Position numbers and translations under genes: made by a program
Notes under the pieces: model-generated
Database searches by the model: none
What the model was told of the DNA's origin: nothing
The model's input: the letters and a program-made list of their open reading frames with translations, nothing else
Shown: positions 10,688-19,531 of the stretch, one piece after another
How the letters are laid out: every line of letters begins with the position of its first letter
How positions within the stretch are numbered: position 1 is the stretch's first letter
NCBI GenBank assembly: GCA_041487875.1
Contig: JBGPOE010000009.1
Location: 3,836 to 67,835 of the forward strand
Length of the DNA stretch: 64,000 bases
Direction of reading: 5' to 3'
Source: Gemmatimonadota bacterium
Lineage (GTDB): Bacteria > Gemmatimonadota > Gemmatimonadetes > Gemmatimonadales > GWC2-71-9

Positions 10688-12372
10688 AGCAGCCGTCGCT
10701 CACGCACGTGCTGCAGCCGAAGTGGCGCACGGCGCTGCAGCGGCTGCGCGAAGAACGCGCGGGCAGCGGCGCGAAGCTCGGGATTCTCGCGACGGTCGGC
10801 TTGGGATTCTGGGCCGCGGTGTTCGGCATCCTGTACTTCGTCCTGCGCTACTTCCGCGGCGTGGAAGAGCTGGGGCCGTTGCTCGCCGGCAAGCTGCTGG
10901 GGTTGGTGCTGCTGTCGTTCATGTCGATCCTGGTCCTCTCGAACGTCATTACGGCGCTGTCGAGTTTCTTTCTCGCGAAAGACCTGGACCTCCTCGTCTC
11001 GTCCCCGGTGGATTGGCTGCGGCTGTACTTGGCAAAGCTCGGGGAGACGCTGTTGCATTCGTCGTGGATGGTGGCGCTCATGTCCGTGCCGATTCTCGCG
11101 GCGTACGGCGTGATCTACCACGGCGGCTGGTTGTTTCCAGTGTACGCGATCCTGATGATCCTGCCGCTGTTGGTGCTGCCCGCCGTGCTCGGATCGGCCC
11201 TCACGCTCGTGCTGGTGAACATCTTTCCAGCGCGGCGCACGCGCGACCTGCTATCGCTCATCGCGCTGGGCGCCGCCGCCGGCGTCATCATGCTGTTCCG
11301 GATCATCCGGCCGGAGCGGCTCGCCCGTCCGGAAGGCTTCCGCAACCTGCTCGACTTCATCGCGGTGCTGCGGACGCCCACCTCACCGTTCCTGCCGAGC
11401 GAGTGGGCGACCAACGGCATCATGAGCTACCTGCGCCATGCCCCGGATCCGCTGCCGCTCGTCCTCCTGTGGACCACGGCTGCCGGCTGCGTGGCGCTGG
11501 GCGCGATGCTGCACGCGGCACTGTTCCCGCAGGGGTTCACGAAAGCCCAAGAGGGGGCCGAGCGGTTCATCCGCGGCACCCTGTGGCGCTGGACGATGGG
11601 CCGGCTCTTGCGCTGGTTGCCGGTGGCCAAGCGCGAGTTCGTGTTGAAAGACGTGAAGCTGTTCTTCCGCGACACCACACAGTGGAGCCAGTTGATCCTG
11701 CTCGCGGTGCTCGTGGTGGTCTATCTCTTCAACATCAAGGCGCTGCCGCTGCACCGTGGCGAACAAGTCGGGTTCTTCCAGGTGACGTTGGTGTCGTTCT
11801 TGAACCTCGGGCTCGCGGGCTTCGTGCTCGCGTCGATCGCCGCGCGGTTCATCTTCCCAGCGGTTTCGCTCGAGGGGCGCCAGATGTGGCTTCTGCGCTC
11901 GAGCCCGCTCGACCTGCGCGCCCTGCTGTGGTCCAAGTACTGGGTCGGGACCATGCCGCTGCTGGTGCTCGCCATGCTGCTCACGGGGCTCACCAACGTG
12001 GTGCTCAAAGTGTCGCCGTTCATGATGACCGTGAGCATGACGGCGATGTTCGCCCTGACGCTCGCCATCTCCGCGATGGCGCTGGGGTTCGGCGCGGTGT
12101 ATCCGCAGTTCGAAACCGAGAACGCGGCCCAAATCCCGACGTCGTTCGGCGGCCTCGTGTTCATGATGGCGACGGTGGCGCTGCTCGGCGCGGTGATTTT
12201 TGTCTTGTGGCAGGCGGTGTACGCGTACGTGCGGGCGGTGTACGACGGCCGTCCCGTGGTGGTGGACGCCTGGATGCTGTCGTGGTTCACGGTCGCCGCC
12301 GCGATCTGCGCGGCGGCGACCGTGATCCCCCTGCGCGTCGGCTTGCGCCGGATGGAGCTGTTCGAGTTCTAA
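10684..12372 (+). CDS. Multi-pass membrane protein, putative ABC-exporter permease
   Basis: 562 aa with 10 or more hydrophobic segments. Overlap-coupled to the preceding ATPase. Confidence 0.7.
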   Translation: MKQPSLTHVLQPKWRTALQRLREERAGSGAKLGILATVGLGFWAAVFGILYFVLRYFRGVEELGPLLAGKLLGLVLLSFMSILVLSNVITALSSFFLAKDLDLLVSSPVDWLRLYLAKLGETLLHSSWMVALMSVPILAAYGVIYHGGWLFPVYAILMILPLLVLPAVLGSALTLVLVNIFPARRTRDLLSLIALGAAAGVIMLFRIIRPERLARPEGFRNLLDFIAVLRTPTSPFLPSEWATNGIMSYLRHAPDPLPLVLLWTTAAGCVALGAMLHAALFPQGFTKAQEGAERFIRGTLWRWTMGRLLRWLPVAKREFVLKDVKLFFRDTTQWSQLILLAVLVVVYLFNIKALPLHRGEQVGFFQVTLVSFLNLGLAGFVLASIAARFIFPAVSLEGRQMWLLRSSPLDLRALLWSKYWVGTMPLLVLAMLLTGLTNVVLKVSPFMMTVSMTAMFALTLAISAMALGFGAVYPQFETENAAQIPTSFGGLVFMMATVALLGAVIFVLWQAVYAYVRAVYDGRPVVVDAWMLSWFTVAAAICAAATVIPLRVGLRRMELFEF

Positions 12373-12388
12373 GCGGGGGCGCGGCACC

Positions 12389-13870
12389 GTGAGCCTGCTC
12401 GAGCTGCGAGGAGTCACCAAGTATTACCCGGGCGTCACCGCGCTCGACGGCGTCGATTTCGAAGCCGCGCCCGGCGTCGTGCACGCGATCGTGGGGGAAA
12501 ACGGCGCCGGCAAGTCGACCCTGCTCCGCCTGATCGCGGGCGCGGACGCACCCGACGCCGGCGTGATCCGCTGGGACGGCGCTCCGGTCCGCTTCGCCTC
12601 GCCACGCGACGCGCTGCGCCGCGGCATCACCATCATCTATCAGGAGCTGGCGCTCGTACCGACCCTCGGCGCGGACGCGAACATCTTTCTCGGCATCGAG
12701 CCCAGGCGCCGCGGCGTCCTCGACCGCGAGCGCATGACCGCGCGCGCGGCCGAGGCGCTGCACGAGCTCGGCCTGTTCATCGATCCGCGCGAGCCGGTGG
12801 GCCGCCTGTCGGTGGCGCGCCAGCAGCTCGTCGAGCTGGCGCGCGCGCTGGTGCGTGATGCCCGGCTGGTGGCGCTGGACGAACCCACCGCGGCGCTCAC
12901 CGCCCACGAGGTGGCGCACCTCGTGGCCCAAATCGAGCGCCTGCGCGAGCGGGGCATCAGCATCATCTTCGTCTCGCATCGTCTGGACGAGGTGCGCCGC
13001 GTCGCCAACACGGTCACCGTGCTGCGCGACGGCCGTCGCGTCTGGGTGGGGCCCGCCGCAGGTCTCGACGAGGCGGCGCTGGTGCGCCGCATGGTGGGAC
13101 GCGACGTCGCCTACGAGCGGCGCCCGCCGGCGCGCCCGCCCGAGGCCGCGCCGCTCCTCGAGGTCCGTGGGCTGAGCCGGGAAGGGGCGTTTCGAGACGT
13201 GTCGCTGACGCTGCGGCGCGGGGAAATCGTGGGACTCGCAGGACTCATCGGCGCGGGCCGCACCCCCCTCGCCCGGGCGATCGCCGGACTCGAGCCGTGG
13301 GACTCGGGAACCGTGCGCCTCGCTGGCCGCGCCTATCGGCCGCGCCAGCCACGCGAAGCGATCGCGCTGGGCGTCGTTTATCTGCCGGAAGATCGCAAGC
13401 GGGACGGCCTGGTCCTGGGGATGCGGGTTCGTGAGAACGTGACGCTGCCGGTGCTGCACCGCTTCACGCGGGCGGGCCGGGTGCGCGCGCCGGCCGAGGC
13501 CGAGGCGGCGCAGCGCGCGGTCGCGGCGGTGGACCTGCGGCCGCCCGACGTGGAGCGCGCGACGCACACGTTGTCGGGAGGCAACCAGCAGAAGGTGGTG
13601 CTCGCCAAATGGCTGCTCACCGACGCCGACGTGCTGTTGTTCGACGAGCCGACGCGCGGCGTGGATGTGGGCGCCAAGACGGAGCTGCACCGCCAAATCC
13701 GCGCGCTCGCTGACGCGGGAAAGGCGGTGCTCCTGATCTCCTCCGAGCTGCCGGAGCTGCTGGCGCTGGCGGACCGCGTGCTGGTCTTGCGAGAGGGCCG
13801 CGTCGTCACCGAGCTCGGCGGTGAGGCGTTGAGCGCGGAGCAGGTGATGGCGCACGCGTTCGCCGTATGA
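12389..13870 (+). CDS. Sugar (ribose-type) ABC importer, duplicated ATPase
   Basis: Two NBDs (GENGAGKST; LSGGNQQKVVLAKWL; LLFDEPTRGVD), RbsA/MglA-like. Confidence 0.85.
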   Translation: MSLLELRGVTKYYPGVTALDGVDFEAAPGVVHAIVGENGAGKSTLLRLIAGADAPDAGVIRWDGAPVRFASPRDALRRGITIIYQELALVPTLGADANIFLGIEPRRRGVLDRERMTARAAEALHELGLFIDPREPVGRLSVARQQLVELARALVRDARLVALDEPTAALTAHEVAHLVAQIERLRERGISIIFVSHRLDEVRRVANTVTVLRDGRRVWVGPAAGLDEAALVRRMVGRDVAYERRPPARPPEAAPLLEVRGLSREGAFRDVSLTLRRGEIVGLAGLIGAGRTPLARAIAGLEPWDSGTVRLAGRAYRPRQPREAIALGVVYLPEDRKRDGLVLGMRVRENVTLPVLHRFTRAGRVRAPAEAEAAQRAVAAVDLRPPDVERATHTLSGGNQQKVVLAKWLLTDADVLLFDEPTRGVDVGAKTELHRQIRALADAGKAVLLISSELPELLALADRVLVLREGRVVTELGGEALSAEQVMAHAFAV

Positions 13871-14913
13871 GCGCGCCCACCCGGGCGCGCGACTGGTTCG
13901 CCCGCTACGGCGTGGGCGCGGCGCTGGCGGCGCTGGCGCTCGTCGCGGCCGTGTTCGTGCCGGGCTTCTTCGGCCTCGCGAACCTCGCCACCATCCTGTT
14001 GCACGTGTCGGTGAACGGTATTCTGGCGCTCGGCCTGACGTTCGTCATCGTGACGGGCGGCATCGACTTGTCGGTCGGGTCGGTGGTGGGCCTCGCCGGC
14101 GTGCTCGCCGCGTCCGCGCTCACGGGCTCGGGCGTCCTGAGCACGCTCGGCGTCGCGGGCGCCACGCTCCTCGCGCTGATGGTGGCCCTCGGCACGGGCG
14201 CCGCGGTCGGGGCGGCCAACGGTGCCGCCACGGCCGGACTCCGCATCGCGCCGTTCATCGTGACGCTCGCTACCATGACCATCGCGCGGGGCGCCGCGCG
14301 GCTGTTCACCGGCGGCGTGCCCATCGGTTTCCCCGCCGCGCACGATCCCCTGTTCGCCGCCAAGGCCGCGGCGCTCGACGCCCTGCACGCCGTCGGCGGG
14401 GGCCGCGTGCCTCTGCCCGGCCTGCCGCGGGGCTTCCCCGTGCCGGCGCTGATCATGCTCACGCTCGTGGCGGCGGGAGGGTTTGTGCTCGCGCGCACCC
14501 GCTTCGGTCGCTACCTCTACGCCGTGGGCGGCAACGAGGAAGCGGCACGACTCTCGGGGGTGCCGGTGGCGCGGGTCAAGGTCGGCGCCTACGCGATCTG
14601 CGGTTTGTGCGGCGGCGTGGCGGCGGTGCTGCTCACCGGCCAGCTGCGCTCGGCCGGGCCGGACGCCGGGCTCCTGTACGAGCTGAACGCAATCGCGGCG
14701 GCCGTGATCGGCGGCGCATCGCTGCTGGGAGGAGTCGGCACGGCCTGGGGCGCGCTCGTGGGCGCCCTGTTCATCGGCGTGCTGAACAACGCCCTCGACC
14801 TGGTGGGGGTGCAGTCCTTCTGGCAGGAGATCGCGAAAGGCGTCATCATCCTGCTGGCGGTACTGTTCGACGTCTGGACCAAGCGCGGACGCGGAGCCCG
14901 AACCCATGCGTAA
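13867..14913 (+). CDS. Sugar ABC importer permease (RbsC-like)
   Basis: 348 aa with about 9 TM segments and an FIVTLATMTIARGAA motif. ATGA overlap with the ATPase. Confidence 0.85.
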   Translation: MSAPTRARDWFARYGVGAALAALALVAAVFVPGFFGLANLATILLHVSVNGILALGLTFVIVTGGIDLSVGSVVGLAGVLAASALTGSGVLSTLGVAGATLLALMVALGTGAAVGAANGAATAGLRIAPFIVTLATMTIARGAARLFTGGVPIGFPAAHDPLFAAKAAALDALHAVGGGRVPLPGLPRGFPVPALIMLTLVAAGGFVLARTRFGRYLYAVGGNEEAARLSGVPVARVKVGAYAICGLCGGVAAVLLTGQLRSAGPDAGLLYELNAIAAAVIGGASLLGGVGTAWGALVGALFIGVLNNALDLVGVQSFWQEIAKGVIILLAVLFDVWTKRGRGARTHA

Positions 14914-15820
14914 ACACCTGCTCGTTGTGTTGTCCCTCACCGCTGCGCTCGGCGGCTGCGGCCGCAAGCGGTCGTCGCGCCCGCAGGTGGGCGTCACGCT
15001 GCTCACCGAGACGCACGTGTTCTACCAGAACCTGCGGCGCGGCATGCAGCAGGCCGCCGACAGTCTCGGCGTCGACTTGAAGATCGTCTCGGGTGAGGGT
15101 GACCTCTCGCAGCAGACGGCGCAGGTCGAGAACTTCATCACGCAGCGGATGGATGCGATCGTGATCGCGCCCGTCAACTCGAGCGGCATCGCCAGCGCCA
15201 TCGAGGAGGCGAACCGCGCCAACATCCCCGTGTTCACCGCCGACATCGCGGCCGACGGCGGGCAGGTCGTGGCACACGTCGCCAGCGACAACCGCCAGGG
15301 CGGCCGGCTGCTGGGGGAGTTCGTGGCGCGGCGCCTCGGGGGCGGCGGCAATGTGGTGATTCTCGACCAGCCCACCGTCGCCAGTGTGCGCGACCGGGTC
15401 GCGGGCTTCAAGGAAGCGCTCGCCGCCTACCCCAACATCCGCATCCTGGCGCAGCCGGTGGTGGACCTGGGCAAGCGTGACCTCGCCAAGGAGAAGATGG
15501 ACAACCTGCTCGCCACGGATCAGAAGATCGACGCCGTCTTCGGCACGAACGACGAGTGCGCCTTGGGCGCCCTCGCGGCGATCCAGGCGGCGGGCAAGAG
15601 CGGGATCTTCGTGGTGGGCTACGACGCGACGCCGGAAGCGCGCACCGCCATCGCCCGCAATACAGCGCTCGCGGCCGACGCCGTGCAGGATCCGGTCACC
15701 ATCGGGCGCCGCACGATCGAGACCGTCGTCCAACGGCTCCACGGAGAAGCCGTCCCTGCCGTCATTCACGTGCCTGTGGGGCTCGTCACCCACGATTCGC
15801 TGAGCGCCACGCCCCCCTGA
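14906..15820 (+). CDS. Periplasmic sugar-binding lipoprotein (type I PBP, RbsB-like)
   Basis: Lipobox LTAALGGCG and a Peripla_BP-like body (DAIVIAPVNSSG, VVILDQPTVASVRDRVAGF). Confidence 0.8.
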   Translation: MRKHLLVVLSLTAALGGCGRKRSSRPQVGVTLLTETHVFYQNLRRGMQQAADSLGVDLKIVSGEGDLSQQTAQVENFITQRMDAIVIAPVNSSGIASAIEEANRANIPVFTADIAADGGQVVAHVASDNRQGGRLLGEFVARRLGGGGNVVILDQPTVASVRDRVAGFKEALAAYPNIRILAQPVVDLGKRDLAKEKMDNLLATDQKIDAVFGTNDECALGALAAIQAAGKSGIFVVGYDATPEARTAIARNTALAADAVQDPVTIGRRTIETVVQRLHGEAVPAVIHVPVGLVTHDSLSATPP

Positions 15821-15824
15821 TCCG

Positions 15825-18464
15825 ATGACCACGCCCGGCACAGAAGGGGCCGCGCGCCTCGAGCGCCAAGCGAAGATCGGGTTCGCCGTGGTCGTGATCA
15901 CGCTCGCGGCCGTGGGTGCGACCTGGTACCGGGGGGAAGTCGTGTATGTGGCCGACAGCCGCGGGCTGCGTCACAGCTACGAAGTGATCGAGGCGCTCGG
16001 CAGCGTGCTGTCCGCCGCGAAGGATGCCGAGCTGGGTCAGCGCGGCTACGTCCTGGCAGGAGACTCGACCTATCTGCAGGCCTACGACAGCGCGGTGCAG
16101 GCCATGCCAGCCGCGCTAGCCCATCTGCGGACGCTCACGCTGGACGACCCGGTCCAGCAGGCCCGCCTGCCGGCGTTGCAGCACGCCCTGGCTGACCGAC
16201 TCGCGATGCTCGAGCGGGTGATCGGCGTGCGGCGTCAAGGGAATACAGCGGGCGCGATCGCGCTGGTGAAGGGCGGCGCCGGGAAGCGCGCGATGGATCA
16301 GGTGCGGCGCATCGTGGCGACGATGCACGCCGACGAAGCCCGGCTGCTGGCGGTGCGCAGCGAGCGCTTCCGTACGACCGAGCGGAACGCATTCCTGGTA
16401 TCGGCCGCGGCGCTCCTGGTCGTGTTGATCGTGCTGATGATCGTCTATTACTTCGGCCGGGTCGAGATTACCGAGCGCCTGCGGGCCGAGCGCGAAGCGC
16501 GCACCAGTACCCGCGAAGCGCTCGAGGCGCGCATGGCCGCCGAGCGCGCCGTCGAGGCGCGCTCCCAGTTCCTCGCCAACATGAGCCACGAGATCCGCAC
16601 ACCGATGAACGCCGTGATGGGGATGACGGAGCTATTGCTCGACGGCGAGGTGAGCGGCGACCAACGCCGGTCCCTCCAGTTGATCCAATCCTCCGCCGAA
16701 AGCCTGCTCGCCATCATCAACGATATCCTCGACATCTCGAAGATCGAGAGCGGCAGTCTCGAGGTGGAGTCGATCCCGTTCGATCTGCCCGGGCTGGTCG
16801 ACACGACGGCGCGGGTGCTCGCCGGCCGCGGCACGCAGCGCCAAGTAGAGCTGCTGTGCGATGTCCGGCCCGACGTCCCCCGCACCGTCCGCGGCGATCC
16901 GGGCCGGCTGCGTCAGATTCTCACCAACTTGATCGGCAACGCCCTCAAGTTCACCGAGCGCGGCGAGGTGGTGGTGACCGTGCGCCTGACGGCGACGCTC
17001 GGCGGGCTCGCCACCGTGCAATTCTCGGTCCGCGACACGGGGATCGGCATCCCCGCCGACAAGCTGGAAGTGATCTTCGAGCAATTCCGTCAGGCGGATG
17101 CATCCACCACGCGCCGCTACGGCGGCACAGGCTTGGGGCTCGCGATCGTGCGCCGGCTGGTGACGCTGATGGGCGGGGAGATGCGCGTGGAGAGCGAGGT
17201 GGGCCGCGGCAGCGACTTCACGTTCCTCCTGCATTTCCCCTTGGAGGCGGCGCTGTCCCACACGCTGCCGCCGCCCGCCGACCTGCGCGGGACGCGCGTG
17301 TTGGTGGTGGACGACAACACCACCAACCGGCGCATCGTGCGCGAGATGCTCGTGACCGCGGGCGCGACCGTGGACGAGGCGCCGACCGCCGACGCAGGAC
17401 TCGGCGCCCTGCACCGCGCCCGCCTCGCCAACGAGCCCTATCAGCTCGCGATCATCGACGGCCAGATGCCCGATCGTGACGGCTTCGAGCTGGCAGAGAC
17501 CGTGCGGCGCGATCGGCAGCACGGCAGCACGCGCCTGCTGATGCTGACCTCCATGGGACAGAAGGGCGACGCCCAGCGGTGCCGTGAGTTGGGCATTCAG
17601 GCCTACCTCACCAAGCCGATTTCGCGCGCGGAGCTGCTCACGGGCATCGGCGCCGTGCTGGGCGCCACGCTGCCCCCCGACGGGCGCGGTCCGGTGATCA
17701 CCCGGCATACGATCGAAGAAGCCCGGCGCCACCTCCGGATCCTGCTGGCCGAAGACAACCCCGTCAATCAAGAGGTGGCGGCGTCGATGCTGCGGAAGCG
17801 GGGCCACAACGTGGACATCGTGGGCGACGGCCAGGCGGCGGTGGCGGCGGTCACGCGCAACGATTACGACCTGATACTGATGGACGTGCAGATGCCGGTG
17901 CTGGACGGATTCGCGGCGACCGCGGCGATCCGCGCGCTGGCCAAGGGCCGCGGGCTGCCGATCTTCGCCCTCACGGCGCATGCGCTCGCGGGCGAGCGCG
18001 ACAAGTGCCTTGCCGCCGGGATGACGGGCTACCTCGCGAAACCGTTCAAGGCGCACGAGCTCTTCGCACTGGTGGAGAGCGGCGGCGAGCCGCGCCCCGG
18101 AGCGGGACCCGAGGAACCGGCGGCCGCGGGCCCGGTCGATCTGGCGGGCTTCCGCCGGGAGCTGCGCGACGCGGGCGCGGAGGACGCCGTCCGTGTGGTG
18201 CTCGAGACGTTCGTCACGGCTGCGCCCGGCCAGCTGGAGGCCCTGGCTCTTGCGGTGGCGGCGGGCGACGCGCCCGCGGCCGCGCGGGCGGCCCACACCT
18301 TCAAGGCGGGCGCCGGCGCCATCCGCGCCCGGCCGCTCGCCGACTTGCTGCGGCAGGCCGAGGAGGCGGGGCGTCTGGGAGACGGCGACGCGCTGCGGGG
18401 ACGGATGCCCGTCATCCGTGAGGCGCTGCGCGAAGTGCTGGAAGCGATAAGCCGGGAAACGTGA
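15825..18464 (+). CDS. Hybrid sensor histidine kinase: CHASE3-like, HisKA, HATPase, REC, REC, HPt
   Basis: H-box FLANMSHEIRTPMNAV and G-box GTGLGLAIVRRLV. Two receiver domains (VLVVDDNTTNRRI; ILLAEDNPVNQEV..LILMDVQMPVLDG). C-terminal HPt AHTFKAGAGAI. Confidence 0.9.
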   Translation: MTTPGTEGAARLERQAKIGFAVVVITLAAVGATWYRGEVVYVADSRGLRHSYEVIEALGSVLSAAKDAELGQRGYVLAGDSTYLQAYDSAVQAMPAALAHLRTLTLDDPVQQARLPALQHALADRLAMLERVIGVRRQGNTAGAIALVKGGAGKRAMDQVRRIVATMHADEARLLAVRSERFRTTERNAFLVSAAALLVVLIVLMIVYYFGRVEITERLRAEREARTSTREALEARMAAERAVEARSQFLANMSHEIRTPMNAVMGMTELLLDGEVSGDQRRSLQLIQSSAESLLAIINDILDISKIESGSLEVESIPFDLPGLVDTTARVLAGRGTQRQVELLCDVRPDVPRTVRGDPGRLRQILTNLIGNALKFTERGEVVVTVRLTATLGGLATVQFSVRDTGIGIPADKLEVIFEQFRQADASTTRRYGGTGLGLAIVRRLVTLMGGEMRVESEVGRGSDFTFLLHFPLEAALSHTLPPPADLRGTRVLVVDDNTTNRRIVREMLVTAGATVDEAPTADAGLGALHRARLANEPYQLAIIDGQMPDRDGFELAETVRRDRQHGSTRLLMLTSMGQKGDAQRCRELGIQAYLTKPISRAELLTGIGAVLGATLPPDGRGPVITRHTIEEARRHLRILLAEDNPVNQEVAASMLRKRGHNVDIVGDGQAAVAAVTRNDYDLILMDVQMPVLDGFAATAAIRALAKGRGLPIFALTAHALAGERDKCLAAGMTGYLAKPFKAHELFALVESGGEPRPGAGPEEPAAAGPVDLAGFRRELRDAGAEDAVRVVLETFVTAAPGQLEALALAVAAGDAPAAARAAHTFKAGAGAIRARPLADLLRQAEEAGRLGDGDALRGRMPVIREALREVLEAISRET

Positions 18465-18518
18465 AACGGGAAACGGGGATGCCACCACGCTTCCCGTTTC
18501 CCGCTTCCCTCTTCCCCT
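18454..18518. terminator. Heptamer-repeat hairpin E1 between convergent genes (probable bidirectional terminator)
   Basis: Left arm gggaaac-gtgaaac-gggaaac-gggga. Right arm ttcccgt-ttcccgc-ttccctc-ttcccct. 10-bp perfect core stem with an imperfect extension. Overlaps the kinase stop codon at 18462-18464. Confidence 0.6.
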
Positions 18519-18522
18519 CGAT

Positions 18523-19428
18523 CTATTCGATCCTGTACGGAATCCCCCACTCACTCGCGCGGTAATTGTCGGTGGCCGGCGCGCCGAAGACGGCGCCGTC
18601 GATCGCGTCTACCACAAAGCGGTCGAGCCCCGAGTGCCGGACGATGAACGTGCGCTGCCAGGTGCCGTCACCGTTGTCCTGCATCTTCAGCCGGTGCCAC
18701 GAGACGTTGACGGGATCGATGTGGCGCACGTGCAGGAATACCAACGTGGCCGGCGTGAACCCCGACGCCGTGGTGTTGGAGATGCCGGCCACAACCGTCA
18801 CGGTGTCACCCACCTGCAGCCGGGGAATCCGGTTGACCACGTCGAACAGTGACTCCGGGCTCGTCACGGTCAGCTTGAGCGTGTCGTTCACGTACACGGA
18901 GAGACTCTCCACGGCCACGGTGCGCCGGCTCACATCCGTCGTCTGCCAGTTCTGGATGGTCAACGCTACCGCCCGCCAGCCGTAGGTCTTCAATTGGTCC
19001 CGCACGAATACGGCCGACTGCGTGTGACCCTCGGCAAGCGGCTTCGACACCGGGGCGAACGACAGGTCCGCCGCCGTATCCTGGACGAACACACCCTGGA
19101 AGCTCACGGTCTGCGTGACGCGGGCCGTGTCCCCCTGGATCGTGACGTCGCGGTGAATGACGGGGCGCGGGCCGCCCGGGAATACGCGCATCCGGCCCCA
19201 GTATTGCGGCGGCGTCACCGAGTCCACGCTCATGACGCCGCCCACGACGTTCATCGTGGGCATCGTGCCGCTCTGGCCGAAGGCCGTGTCCATCATGCCG
19301 CCAAGCTGGGCCTGGGCGGCGGCGATCACCTGGGCCTGGTCGCTGAGCGGGGTGGTCGAGTCGTTGCACGCGCCGAGCGCGAGGGCTAGGAGCGTGGCCG
19401 GCACGACGGCAAGCAGGTTGGTACGCAT
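18523..19428 (-). CDS. Hypothetical lipoprotein
   Basis: Trimmed to the ATG at 19428. MRTNLLAVVPATLLALALGACNDS has a signal peptide plus lipobox. I recognise no domain. Confidence 0.6.
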   Translation of the reverse strand: MRTNLLAVVPATLLALALGACNDSTTPLSDQAQVIAAAQAQLGGMMDTAFGQSGTMPTMNVVGGVMSVDSVTPPQYWGRMRVFPGGPRPVIHRDVTIQGDTARVTQTVSFQGVFVQDTAADLSFAPVSKPLAEGHTQSAVFVRDQLKTYGWRAVALTIQNWQTTDVSRRTVAVESLSVYVNDTLKLTVTSPESLFDVVNRIPRLQVGDTVTVVAGISNTTASGFTPATLVFLHVRHIDPVNVSWHRLKMQDNGDGTWQRTFIVRHSGLDRFVVDAIDGAVFGAPATDNYRASEWGIPYRIE

Positions 19429-19531
19429 GGTCTCCACTCCTTGGTCGAATAGATCGTCGCGCGGCTTGGAATCCGCGTCGCTTCGACCAGAGAGACCGCG
19501 CCCTGCGGGAGTTGTTAAGGCGTGAGCTGAA

